DNA of 64,000 nt from Bugula neritina (lineage: Eukaryota; Animalia; Bryozoa), in assembly GCA_964035545.1 (NCBI GenBank), contig OZ037765.1, forward strand, positions 14,394,698 through 14,458,697. The letters are read 5' to 3'. Each line of letters opens with the position of its first letter. The first letter of the stretch is position 1. Positions 29,401-42,399 of this stretch are shown here, one piece after another. A program made the position numbers and the translations under genes. The notes under the pieces were generated by a model that was given only the letters and a program-made list of their open reading frames with translations, searched no databases and had not been told where the DNA came from.

Positions 29401-32400
29401 TATTTCATGAACATCAGATTTAGAAAAATATTATATATGCACAAGAAATAATGAGACTGAATGCACTATAGCTTAGTTAGCCTTTCGCAGACCGACTCGT
29501 AATGTAAGGTATATATGGATACTTACATCAAAACTCTCATGAACAGTGCAAAGACGCTCAAGTTGATCTAACTTAATGAGAACGGTGGCGAAATGACGAT
29601 CAGACTTAAGAAAACCCCTACAATACAGATATGAAATATTTTTCGACATTTAGACGCTCCACACGAGTTTTCATGATTTATGCTCCTATAAAAAACGTGT
29701 ACTAATTTAAATAAAGTGACTAATTAGCTGAAACAACAAGAAACTTAATTAAACTACTAGTGTAGCTTATCAAAACATGCCGGACAGAAATTTTGGGAAA
29801 TCGAATGTTGAAGTAAACATTAAATGCACATCAAGTTTCAAAGATTGCCTATCATCTATATACTACACATACATGATAAATATGAAAACCATTCATCAAT
29901 AGTTACATAAATAAGGAAAAAAAGTAGCACAATAAAAATATTAATAAAATAAAAATATTACCTTCTGTAAAACAGTTCCAGCTTTAACTTTCGACTTTTG
30001 AATATTCTTAGCATTGCTTTGGAGCGACGATTAATGCGAAGTTTGGTCACATGATCGTAAGTTGGGTTATCAGAATGCTTGCACACTTCTGTACGACCTT
30101 TCTGTGTGTCTTCCTGAGGCCACGGAAACTCATAATGCACCAGAGTGTCCAAATCTTTAGCTGAGGAAAACTCTAACAGAGAAAACAGCATATAAGTGAG
30201 CATACAGTGATCCCCTCTCAGGGTATACGGAAGAAAAGTTTTTCTCTTGAGAATCTACACAGGAAATTGCCATTAGTATGTTGTAACGTATGTTGCAATA
30301 GTAGTTGATAAAATTCACCCCTTGAGGCTTTTTAAAATAAAAAAATATATAAAGTAAGCTGTTTTTGAACAAATAAACAGCAGTTGATACTTATCAATAG
30401 TAAAAATATTCTGTATTGGTTATTATCTAGAAATGCAAAATATTAATTTCAATAAATCATTATTATACATACTACATAAGTAATAGCATACCAGAAGGCA
30501 AAGGAAAGTTGAGCCCTTTAACAATATTAACAAGTAAATCTTCATCACCCAACTCTGTATTCACTCTACGCAATAGAGAAGAAGAAATTAGCTGCTAGTA
30601 TACACAGTAATATAAGAATGGTGTGCAGGTGGTACTGCTAGTAGAGCACATGCTCATTGATCGAGAGGTTTTTAGTTGCGTCAGTTCTGGTAAATAGTCT
30701 GAATGCCTTACAGTACTGAGGCCTGTTTACACCTGGTTCACCTGCGTAGTGTATCCATCATAATATTATAAGTAGCAGACTTTACTACTCTCTGAAAGAA
30801 TGTAAAGTCAGAAGACTCATCTTTAATAAGTTAAGAAGACAACTCTTGACTGGTAGAAATAGCTCAGTTGAGCTGCTACTACCCCCTTCTTGAGACAAAG
30901 CGATTGAAGGTGGTTATTATATACAGTCATGTGTTCGATATAATTGTACAGGAGACTGGCTTATGTACATAAAAATATATACACACACATAATTAAATAC
31001 ATATACATATACACATTAAGCTATCAGACACCATAGTGAAATGATTCAATACATTAGTAATATTGTAAAATTACTGAATTAAAGTTAATAATTATAATTT
31101 CTTTAGTGTAAAAATACCTGATAATGGAATATTTTTTTGCTTCATAGTGATATTTTGGTGGGGGGTCATTACTCCGAAATGCATTTTGCACTGCATCAAT
31201 ATCTTTCTTGGCACTTTGCTGAAGATTTTCAAACCTACATTGAATGTAAACTCAAGTTGCTAAGGTAAAGGAAATATTTTACTTAACTTCAACTGAAGCT
31301 AAATCTATAAACATGTCATATACCTTGAGTATATTTTTCCTTTGATACACCAATACTCATTTCCTTACATACTGCAGGCTACTTGATAGCTTACTACTAG
31401 CACTAGTGAGTTACTTTTGTTCTGAGTAATAATTAACTTATGCTAAAGCTTGCTATTGACACTTACATTTACACTCCAGAAGCACTCCATGGAAATCATT
31501 TTGTAAAATGAGTTTTACAACTCAAATATGAGATCAAAATTAAGACTAAAATATATGTCCGCTTTAACATTGTGGAATAAACATTTGGTAATAGAAAAAC
31601 AGCCTTTACAAGTCTTTACAAAAAACCTAAAAGTGTCAACTGCAGCCATTACAGCTACTAATCATTGATAGTTTACTCACACAAAGGCATTATTTATGTT
31701 TCCAAGAGTTTTAAAACGAATTGCAATTTCTGCAGACTTTTTCATTTGCTCTTTCAACTGACTAATTATTTTTTCAAACTCTGTCACTCTTTCTTCTGGG
31801 GTTAAATCATTAACTTCAGACGATTCTACCACAACAGACCCGACGGAGTGAGAACTAGCTGGTTCAGGAGGCATCTGGAAATATATCAAATACACCACGT
31901 GTGGGTTTGAAGGAGAAACAACTTCAAACATAGAAATTACTAGAAATGGACGTTAGTAATTGGAAACTATTTGAAAATAAAAATACCCAAGAGCCAACAT
32001 ATTGATAACCAAGAGACCTGTCTAAGTCACGTAGATAAAAAACAGTTCTCTTCAAATAGCACACAAGAAAATATGAATAAACCCCTAACCTGACTTATAT
32101 CAACAGGTAGACCGTTTGAAGCAGCATTTATCATTGCATCCATCCCTTTTGACACTCTTAAATATTTCAAAGCTAGTTCACGATCATTGTGAGTCTTGGC
32201 ATCAAGAGCTGCCCTTTTATACTCTCGCTGTCTCTCCTGCAGCATCACAAGTTGCTTTCCTTGAATAGAAAGAGAGGCTTGTCGCTTGGCTACAAAATAT
32301 CAAATATTATTTACAAGTTAAATTAAAATAAATGGATTTATCTAGTAAGAAATCACAATAAATTGTCTCTAATATCTATTTGTTGACAGAAAACAACAAT

Positions 32401-35400
32401 GATTGTGATGATTCAAGAGTGAATACCAAGACCTCTCACAGTCTGTTTTGAGCTTATAGTTTTCAGTATAAATTTGTGCCTCTTTCTATCAACAATAATT
32501 ATTGGGCAAAAGGAAGGTTGATTTAAGCTTTATTTGTAGAAAGGCAATAATTTACGCCGTTTACATTTTATATGAGTGAACTTTAGTTAAAAACAACAGT
32601 AATAAAAGAAAATATTCCAACAAAATAAATTATCTTTTTTTTTAAATTATACATTTCAGATTTCAAAATGACATTAGCTTGAACTGATAAGAATAGTAAG
32701 CTTCAGTGAATCAAAGCTTGTTTGGAAAAACAATCTTAATTTGAATTTAATTTAATTTTTTCATATGGTTAAACTTACGGACACTTTTTGCAGTACTAGG
32801 TGAAATTGTTGGGATCGCAGGCTTCTTAGCAGACACTGCCTGTTTAGTAGGCTGTGCTGGTGCAGATTTTTGCAAATTCTGCACAGCGGCTGGAGCTGGA
32901 GGTGCTGATTGCTGAGCAGAATCTGGGATAGCCTTTGGCACTGAGGCACCTGGTAATGGTATCTCAGCAAAACCTGTAATATACATAACCTATTAAACAT
33001 GTAACTTCAAAATTTCTAACAATAAGATCCAAAAGACAAAGATGAACAATTATAACCTACCAGCACAAGTGGTTAAAAAGCTCACCTGGGGGAGTAGGAA
33101 GTTCGCTATAGTCAAAGGGTTTTCCAGCCTTGCAAGCCTTTATTGCATCAAGATATTGCTGCAACATGCATTAAATAAATTATCATGCTATTTACTACAA
33201 AAATTACATGCAATATCAAACAAATATAATTCCCTGTTCTGTCTTGTAAACTGAACCTTATCATTTATATCTATTATGTGCATCACATTTTAGTTCAAAT
33301 GGTATAAAAATACAATTTGAAATATGGGTGGCTGTATGTATACAGATAAAAAACAACCACAAAGTGATGCATTGAGTACATTTGTAGAATAAGTTGCAGT
33401 TGAATTACAAATAAGCAGTCAAGTAAAACAGGAACCAGGGCATGCTGACATGCTTTAAAAGAATGTTAATACATCATAGAGTTATTACCTTCACTATACG
33501 CCCCATCCTTCTGGCTTTACCTCCATTGTTGCTGTCCTTGGCCTCCTGCTCACTCTGTTGGTACTTTTTAAGGCGCTGCTCCAGGGAGCTCATGGTGTCA
33601 GCTGGGGTCTCATCCGGTACATTGAATAGAGACTTGACTTCTGCAAATCATGACTTTCAGTAACCACAACTCTTAAGGACTCCAACTGCTTTGAAAGGTT
33701 TTTTTGTCCCTAAGTATATTTTTTTGGATCTTTTATTATATTTTCGATGTTTTATCCTAATGTTTTAGTAAACCCGGGTGTGCAGGCATGATGCTTTTTC
33801 ATCACGCCCACACACCCAAATCTACTGAAAAATTAGAATAACACACAGACTATCAAGCAAAATTAGAAAACAACCTTGCTTATTCAGCTGTATTTGTTAA
33901 TATTTTACCAGAAATATAAGAAAATATATGCACTAGTGGCTAAACTGTGAAATATAGCTAAAACTACAAATATAGAAGATGTACTAAATTGAGTAAAATG
34001 ACCCCATCACTCAAAAAGCTGTTCAATTTTAATCGTTTAATCAACAAATTTACAAGAAAATAAAACTACAAGCACTTATAATCAATGGTTGTACCAAAAC
34101 AAAAATCATAATGCTGTACTATATACTTATAATTACTGATTACCTTGTGTGGTAATTAATGTGAAATTGTGAACATTGATATGTATGGTTGTTAATTGAT
34201 AATGGCCACTTATTTTGATCGGAGTAATTCAATACTGACTGTTGCTGTGTGAACATATGTATTAAATGAATGCTAAAGATTGATATAAATGTATATTCAT
34301 TGCTATAGACCAGGGGTGTCCAACCGCTTCAGACCAAGGACCACAGAAATGGAGTATTTCATGACAAGGGCCACCTTGTAAACTTCAGTTTGAGCTGGGG
34401 CTACAGCATCAGCATTTTTCAAAGTCCTTTATTTCATAACTTTATGAATCATTACACAATTAAGTTCGAATAGTTACTGCAGGCATCATGTCTTGCGTTA
34501 TGTGTATATATAAGGCATTTAAAAAGTGGTTTTTCACTTAAATTCTAGTATACATGTGAAAAATAATTTTAGCTTTATATGCCTTCGAGGGCCACATAAA
34601 TGTAGGCTGGGGGCCACATAAATGTAGGCTGGGGAGCCACATTCAGCCCTGGGGCCGCCTGTTGGACAGCCCTGCTATAGAAATTGGCATAAATTGTTCT
34701 GAAGTAAACTTTGAACTGGTAAAAGTCAATGTGACATTTTCTGTTTTTCAATCATCATAATCCTAAATCTCACAATTAATATAATCTTAGTTGTTCTGCT
34801 TTTACTTAAAATATGATGCAATTCTATTAAATTTTCTGTAAATTACTTCTCAGAAGTCTGAATTGACAAATTGTTAGTAAAATATACTATCTGCTAACAG
34901 TATGTTTGACTAAATGCATAAAAACCCAAGACTTTTCAACAATCAACAAAAGTTTGAAACAGAAAGATTATGGCATATTCAACATGTCTCACTGTACCAA
35001 ATTACTTTTTTTTGCAAACATGTAATAAGATACATGGAGTTATGCTGCAGGCAAAGTTGTAAACCGATAGAATAAATGAATAGAATTAACCTTCCTTAGT
35101 AGGTGCTGCAACATCAGATAGAAAATGATCCTGATCTTTACTACTTGGAGAAGGTTTAACTTCCACCACACTTTCTGTACTCTTTGGAGAAGAAGGTATA
35201 CTAGAAAGATCTACTTCCTGACCAGCTTGTATAGCAGTTATTACTTGATCAAAATTCTACAACAAAGACACATTCAGAACAAGTCGCATGTATTCTACAG
35301 AGTGGTACATAGTTCAGAATTTTGAATGTAATAATACACCTACTCCACTCCGTTCCTCCGACAAAGCAACAACTCCTGTAGTTTTCAAAAAAAATTCAAA

Positions 35401-38400
35401 CAGAATTGAGCATATTAATTGCCTACAAGCTAGCAAAATATATCAAACCTGCGAAAACATTCATTGATTTTGAAAATAATGAAAAAACATCCTACAAGCC
35501 TTCAATACAACTATAGCATTCTTGAATAGCAGCAAGAATTCCACACTCGACAATGAACAAAAATACTAAACATCAGCCAATATATGTTAAAGATGCGAGC
35601 ACCAATATATTTCACAATAAAAAAGCTGGTAGGCAGACTTACGGCTGATATACACATACCTTGCGGACAGAAAGATATTTTCGAGCTAATCCAGTGTTAC
35701 CCTCACTTTTGGCCTTTAAAAGAGCTTGTTGATATTCTGCACGCCGCTGGTGGAGCATTTGCAAGCGTGGGTCTGTCAAATAACATAACCATGCAATTTC
35801 AACTTGCAATGGATATTAGCAAATAAATCTCTATGAAAAATAAAGGTAGGTTAGTAAATCAATAGATTAAGCCTATAATATAGGAATATAACCACAAAAT
35901 CATATTTTATATAAAATGTAAAATATTATAACTTAACCCTTATTTAGTTTTGTTATGCAGTAAGTTTCTGTTGACTGCAAATAGTTTTCAAAAAGAAAAA
36001 TCACTGTGAACAAATTTTATTTCCAATAATTCCATTTAGAGTTTGGGTTTAGAGTTTGGATTGACAGCAAAAGAAAAGCGTACTAACTTCTCGCCTGTCA
36101 ATGTACATAATGGGGGCATGATCAACCCTATTCTGCACGCGGCAATTTGTTCAACAACTTCATAGGGCCTCAGAATTTAAATACTAAACATACACACAAT
36201 CAATACTGACATGTTTGTTAATATATATGCACACACCCACACGCACAAACAATACACATGTACATAACCTGCACATCCGCATGCACAGACACAGGCTAAC
36301 ACTTGGCGCGCACACACGCACACACATATACTGTTTTCATAAATTCAAAAAAGGTAAAATGCTGTTTGTTAACAACAAGCTCAAACTAAATCAAAGTATG
36401 ATTTAAGTAATATACCTAAAGCATCGGATGTTGACACCACAGAGGAACTAGTCTTGAGTGATGTATTAACAGATGTTTCATGTTGTGGTGAAGCCCCACT
36501 AGCAGGTTGAGCTTGAGACAAAGCAACACCAGATGGTTTAGTTTGTGGTGAAGCAATACTATGAGACTGAGTTTGAGGCGATACAGTTGATGGTTGTTGC
36601 GGTATCGTATCCCTACTTGGAGCAGTGTGAAGAGCTGCATTGATCACAGGAGGTATTTCTTCAACATTCACATCCTTCCCTGCTTTCACATATTTTAGCT
36701 GTCCCTCTAAAGTCTACAAAAAGTTGAAATTTTCAAGTTTTAATGATATATTTACAAAGTTGAAACAATAGAACCTTTTCAGAGGTCCCGATATCCCCTT
36801 TACAATTAAGAGTCGTGTCCTTCCAAAGTAAATGGGTTGAACAAACTCATTAAAAAATTTAAGTTTGGCTGCTACTTAATATTTTAATTATGATATAGAT
36901 TTTTTCTTTTAGGAGATAAATATTTTGGTATTTATAAGCACACATAATAGCAGTTCAAAAAAGAATTTAATTTAAAAGAAAACAAACTTGAAAGTATTTT
37001 TGTGATTTTGGTTACTGAGCAATGCTGAAGTGGCAACCAAAACCACAAAAGTGAGTTCAAGTTTATTTTGTTCAACAATTTTCATTTTGGGAGGACACAA
37101 CTCTTAATTGTAAAGGAGACATTGGGGACCTCTGAAAAGGGTCTATTAAAAACGGAACTTAAATTTAAAACTATATTAATAACACTAACAAAAAAGTACT
37201 GAGCTGGTACCAAAATTTTGACATAGTCCCAGTACCACCGACTGAACAGTTAATTAGTTAATTATTTCTTTCTTATTCCAAACAAAGCAGCCAGCAAAGC
37301 GGATTTTGTTTATAAAACTCCTCTACTCTTGCAATTACCATTGCAAAAAGTGAGCTTCAAAATTTAAATATTTATCGCAAGACTACCGCTTCTCATATCT
37401 AAAACATCTGTTTTTAGAAATAACCTGAACTTACTTTAATAGCACGGTCATATCGACGTTTCTTTGGACCAGATTCAATAGAGTTCAGAGCTGATTGATA
37501 CATTTGAAGGCGTGACTGTATAGTTTCAACAAGATTCACAGGAGGAGAGTTCTGGTCTTCATTGTCTTCAGAGCTTGAGTCTGCTGCAGTAATTTCCTCT
37601 AGCTCATTCTACAAGACCAAATCGAAAGCTTACAAGGAAAGCAAAACTACCCTGAACTGGTGAAAACCCCTACTATAGAAAACTATATATAATAATTTAT
37701 TTAGTGCTTATTCTTCCTTTAAATTACACCAATAAGTTTAGTTTAGGACTGTGGTAATTATAGAGGAATCTCGCTTTTGTCTATAGCTGGAAAGATTATG
37801 GCCCGTATCATCCTCAACAAAATCAATGTAAATATAACTCCAGGAATACTCCCAGAAACACAGTGTGGCTTTCGAAACAGCAGGAGCACCATTGATATGA
37901 TATTTAGCTTTCGCCAAATTCAAGAAAAATGTGCTGAACAAAACATGGAGCTGTATGCTGTATTTATAGACTTTACAAAAGCCTTTGATACAGTATCAAG
38001 AGATGGCCTCTGGAGGGTACTGAAGAAGTTTGGCTTAACTGAGAAGGTCATCAACCTGATAAAAGCTCTTCATGCAGGCATGCAAGCCAAGGTAGTGCAA
38101 GGTAGAGATGCTTCAAATGAGTTTGCAGTAACCAATGGTGTCAAGCAGGGGTGTGTTCTTGCGCCAACACTATTTTCATTATACTTGACCGCTATGCTTG
38201 AGGTGGCATTTCAAAATGTAAATGAAGGAATTTATATTCAAACCCGACATGGGGCTGACCTCTTTGATGTGGCTCAGTTCAAGTCTAAGACCCGTACTAC
38301 CAAACACCTAGTCAGAGAGATGTTGTTTGCAGATGACAGTGCTTTGGTGGCACATTGCGCTGCAGATATGCAGGTGCTAGTGAACAACTTTGCAAAAGCA

Positions 38401-40622
38401 GCGGCTCAGTTTAGCTTAAAAATCAACATAAAAAAGACAGAATGCATGTACCAGCCAATTAAACTCATCCACCCTCCACCTGAACCTGAAGTTGTCATGA
38501 TAGATCAAGAACCAGTTGTACTTGCCTCAGACTTTACTTATCTAGGAAGTACTGTTTCCTGTACGGCAAAAATAGATAAAGAGCTACGGAACAGATTAGG
38601 CAAAGCAAGTGCGGCTTATGCCCATAACACACTACAGTCGAAACGCGACTGTGGCGGCCATTTTGGAGCTGCTTGCGCATGCCTTCAACGTCACGTCCTA
38701 CTTTTTGCTGGTCACACTACAGTTCACTACGAACGATGAAAGCTAACTGTCTCTAGTCTCGCAGTAAACTTTTAAACCAATAGGAATGCCATAAACCAGT
38801 TTCTGCAGTATCCACAGTAACCAACAATTAAATTTAGCGCAATTTTTTGAGATTTACTAGCATAATTTAATAAGATTTTTTAGTTATTTTTATTCTAATT
38901 TACTAGCTTCAATTATTCAAAATTACTAGCTTTATTTAATGATATTACTTAGCTTTATTCAAGCTCATTCACTAGCCTAAAGAACTAAATAGTTATAGTA
39001 CGCTAATAAAATTCAACCAAATTAGAAAAACTAAATATGCAGATAAAATTTAGCAAAATTTATCTAATGAATACTTATTTTCATGATTTATTGAAACTTT
39101 CATACATAACTTCATCATAATTATTTTAAAAGTAAATTAATATAATTTTCGAAGAATCAAATAATAATGCTCGCTAGTAGCACGTGGAAAAAGTAAAAGC
39201 ACTTAACCAATCAGGGTTTACCTGGCCAGTCAGTGATTGGCTGATCGCTCAACTTCAGCGATGACAGTTGAACATGTTGAACTTTCATCGCATCGCGAAA
39301 AACTGACAGTTGCGTTCAGTTGTGACGTCACAGAGGTCAACGCTTAGCCTCGAAAACGCGTTCAAGATGGCCGTTTTGACTGTAGTGTGTTATGGGCATT
39401 ACGGTAAGCTGCAGCAGAGACTCTGGAACAACAGGCACGTATCCATCAGGGTAAAGTGTAAAGTCTACAGAGCGGTGGTGCTCTCAAGCCTGCTGTATGG
39501 AGCAGAAACATGGACAATATACAGGACACAGGTGAAGAAGCTAAGCGCCTTCATGATGAGGCAACTGAGAGACATAATGGCTGTAAAATGGTATGACAAA
39601 GTTACGAATGAAGAAATATTAAGACGTGCCAATTTGCCAAGCATGGCCGACATCCTTATAGAAAAGAACTTGAGATGGCTAGGCCATGTGCACAGGATGG
39701 AACATAGCCGGCTACCAAGACAATTGCTCTACTCTCAGCTGAAAGAGGGTAAAAGAAATACAGGACGACCTAGACTCAGACTTAAAGATGTTGCTAAGAG
39801 GAATATGAAATGGAGAGCAATAAACTTGAGTTCATGGCAGCAGACAGCTGACAACAGAGCTGCGTGGAGAGCTGCAACCAAATCTAAGCTTAACCCATAA
39901 AACAGTCATAGTCGTATCGACTGACTGCAAGAGAGAGAGATTCTTCCTTTAAATTACACCAATAAGTTTAGTCCAACGTCACAAAAATGATTAACCATCA
40001 TTTAACAAAATACGACATTCTAATTTAAAAAAACAGAGTACCATAAGGTCTGCTTCTGTGATGCTACCACTAGACTCTGCATCGCTTTCTCCATCCAAGT
40101 TGTCTATATTACTTGTTAGTTGGTCTATGTCCATTAAACTCAGTGCTGCAGCTTAAATTTAAACAAATTCACATAGAAACAATTACCTTTTTATCAAAGC
40201 TAAAAGTTTACTGCAAAACAAATATCTGCACCAAAATCAATATGGCATAAAATAGAAGTAGATCTAGCTCAAAAACATGCTCTGTAATTTAAAACTTTAA
40301 TTAAAATATTTTACTAGTTCTCTTAAAGACTAATAACAAAAATTGATTATCAGTAGAGAGCAACCTTTGGCGCCTTTTTCAGAACTCTTTTGTTCATTAT
40401 TTTCGAGTCGCTTGAGTTCTGCCTCCAAGTCTATGTCATCATTGCCATCATCATAATCCATGTCACCAGAGAGTAAACCCATCTAAATAGCATCAGTATC
40501 CCCAGCTAAATACCACACATTTATACACCAAACACACTTTTAGAGAAAATATTCAGCGATTTTACCTGCTGCATGAATCGATCACCTTTTCTTTTCTGTG
40601 GAGCTGAATTCTTCTTTGCCAT
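26473..40622 (-). CDS. CC2D1: Coiled-coil and C2 domain-containing protein 1 (CC2D1A/B, lethal giant discs orthologue), 21 coding exons, ~976 aa
   Basis: Minus exons 40622-40566, 40482-40365, 40151-40042, 37608-37435, 36713-36416, 35772-35660, 35256-35091, 33640-33489, 33158-33086, 32973-32779, 32289-32090, 31874-31681, 31234-31118, 30565-30492, 30172-29962, 29617-29527, 28749-28582, 28300-28284, 27980-27878, 27236-26979, 26514-26473 join in frame. Four DM14-type repeats (e.g. LQERQREYKRAALDAK...ALKYLRVSKGMD, LEQRLKKYQ...KARRMGRIVKQYLDAIK) are followed by a C2 domain (YEFPWP, RGFLKSD, GRKEIGGNLEVVLKMREPL). Confidence 0.92.
34311..34674. mobile_element. hAT (Charlie-type) MITE, 364 bp, in a CC2D1 intron
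   Basis: TIRs CAGGGGTGTCCAAC / GTTGGACAGCCCTG (1 mismatch); 8-bp TSD CTATAGAC/CTATAGAA; internal duplicated GGGCCACATAAATGTAGGCTGGG. Confidence 0.85.
36190..36330. repeat. Degenerate CA-rich microsatellite
   Basis: ACACACCCACACGCACAAAC...GCGCACACACGCACACACATA. Confidence 0.6.
36767..37147. mobile_element. Foldback MITE (~380 bp) with ~80-bp imperfect TIRs
   Basis: Left AATAGAACCTTTTCAGAGGTCCC...CCTTTACAATTAAGAGTCGTGTCC is the inverted match of right GGACACAACTCTTAATTGTAAAGG...GGGACCTCTGAAAAGGGTCTATT. A second internal hairpin lies at ~36980-37070. Confidence 0.8.
37743..39939 (+). mobile_element. 5'-truncated RTE-clade non-LTR retrotransposon (RT domain + C-terminus), antisense in a CC2D1 intron
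   Basis: DCGNYRGISLLSIAGK...PETQCGFR...FIDFTKAFD...GVKQGCVLAPTLFSLY...LFADD...LLYGAETWT...LRWLGHVHRM...GRPRLR; stop at 39898-39900; (GA)n tail; 33-bp TSD at 37710-37742 and 39940-39972. Confidence 0.95.
38619..39398. mobile_element. 780-bp PIF/Harbinger-type MITE nested in the RTE ORF
   Basis: Perfect 21-bp TIR TGCCCATAACACACTACAGTC / GACTGTAGTGTGTTATGGGCA; TTA TSD at 38616-38618 and 39399-39401. Excision restores KASAAYGKLQQRLW. Confidence 0.92.
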
Positions 40623-41479
40623 AGCTAGTTGGATAACAAAGCTAACCTGAAAAAAAAATCCCTGACAGCTGCAAACAATAATTGAGAAAAGGTATTTAAA
40701 ACTATAAACTAAATTTCAAACAAGATTGCATTGTGAACAAATTTCAATTCTTACAAAATTTGCTACATTTATTTAAAGGTAATAAATTACCAGAGAAAAG
40801 TAAATAAAAAAGCTGTATCTTCACAATTAAATGAATCTTATTAAATAGGTAAGTAGACAGTGCAATTTATGCACAGTATAGATATATATGAAAAATGACA
40901 TTCACATTATGTAATTTTATTGTCTATTGCAATTTACGTTGCAAGACACATATGCTACTCTCCTATGTAGTTGTGAGCATACTAAAGACATGGCTTTCAA
41001 AACTATCAAAACTAAAGTTTACAAACAGTTTTGTTCTTAAAGAATGAACTACTTAAGGAATTGAGGAGTTTTGAAGTTCAACATCTTTTGAGTTGGCATT
41101 TCACATCTTTTAAAATTTGAAAAAAATATTTGGATTATACGAAATATGCAAAAATTTACTTTTAAAAACAAAATCAAAGCTCTATAAAATTATTTATTTT
41201 ATTTGCACTAGATTAAAAAGGTTACCAAAGTTTTCAATTTCAACTATTTATTACTCAACAAAACCTGCATCAAATATAAGTATAAGTCTATTGCTTGACT
41301 TGATTTTCAATTACACACTTACAGTGTGAGTGTAGGTCACAGCCACTGACTTGCATTTACACTTCCTCTTTATAATTATTAGTAGACATAAGATTATGTT
41401 ATAATTAGTTAACTAGGAGTACTGTATTGGTTAACACTAATAGTAATAGTTGTATTAATTATAATAATCTAAGTCAAAA

Positions 41480-41990
41480 CTGGAAGCTTTAGTAAACACT
41501 GCCAGAATCTTCAAAAGATAGGTAGAAATGAAATTCGGATTTTAGAAATGTGCATTACTGGTTATGAAAAAAGAAAAGAAAATCTTGGAAATAGGAATCA
41601 ATCTGCCTGATGAACAGGTAATCAGAATTCTTAGTGAGGAGCCGTATAAATTTTTTCAGAGTTCTTAGACAGATGGATGAAAAATAAAAAATAAGATCAA
41701 GAACAAATAGCCTACTATAAACAAAGAAGAAAAATTCTAGACTTGAAACTGAATAGAGGGAACATCATGAGAGCAAAAAATACCTGGACAGTGGCAGTAG
41801 TGCGTTAAACAGCTGGAATAGTCGACTGGACTGTTGAACTTGATCAGCTAAGAAAGACGAACAGAAAGAATAGGAAGCTTATGACAATAAATTGTTCACT
41901 CCTGCTCTAAACAGATGTGCGCAAGCTGTATGTTAGCAGAAAGAGAAAGGAAGGTAACAGTGGAACAATCACAATGTCAATTGAACAGTG
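41480..41990 (+). pseudogene. Decayed R4/Dong-like non-LTR retrotransposon RT C-terminal fragment
   Basis: Frameshifted translation gives VNTARIF..MKFG..KCALLVMKK, GINLPDEQVIRILSEEPYKF, LNRGNIMRAKNTWTVAVVR*TAGIVDWT, RKNRKLMT, DVRKLYVSRK, resembling R4/Dong-family motifs as I remember them. Confidence 0.65.
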
Positions 41991-42089
41991 CGTAATGATA
42001 ATGATTGAACTTGAACTTGAAGAAGTGTGGTTTCGATACTCATACTCACTTGATTCTGTAATGAATTACCATGGAAGTTGTGTGAAATT

Positions 42090-42390
42090 ATCGTTATGAT
42101 TATCACGATCAGTATATCACAAGCATAATCATTATCATAATGAGAATCAATGTGAGATTCAGATTAGCTTTACAGTATTGCTATTAGTATTGCTATTAGT
42201 ATTACTATTAGTATTACTATTAGTATTAGTATTATTATTAATATTAGTATAACTATAACTATAAGTTTTAATAAGTATTACTGTTAATATTTTAAGTATA
42301 ATTGATCATGACTATTGTAATGCTAAATAAATATGACTCACAGCGACAATCGCCGCTGTAATAATGAGTCATGGTCATAGTGATGGTGAC
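42090..42390. repeat. (ANT)n/(TNA)n tract in the inferred first intron of CC2D1 (also seen at ~41280-41470)
   Basis: AGTATTGCTATTAGTATTACTATTAGTATTACTATTAGTATTAGTATTATTATTA (~42186). Confidence 0.75.
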
Positions 42391-42399
42391 AGTAAAAGT

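Noticed and set aside
38640-38739. C-terminal tail of the 320-aa ORF, and likewise the N-terminus of the 196-aa ORF at 39310
   Set aside because: Read-through into MITE sequence, not genuine RT residues.
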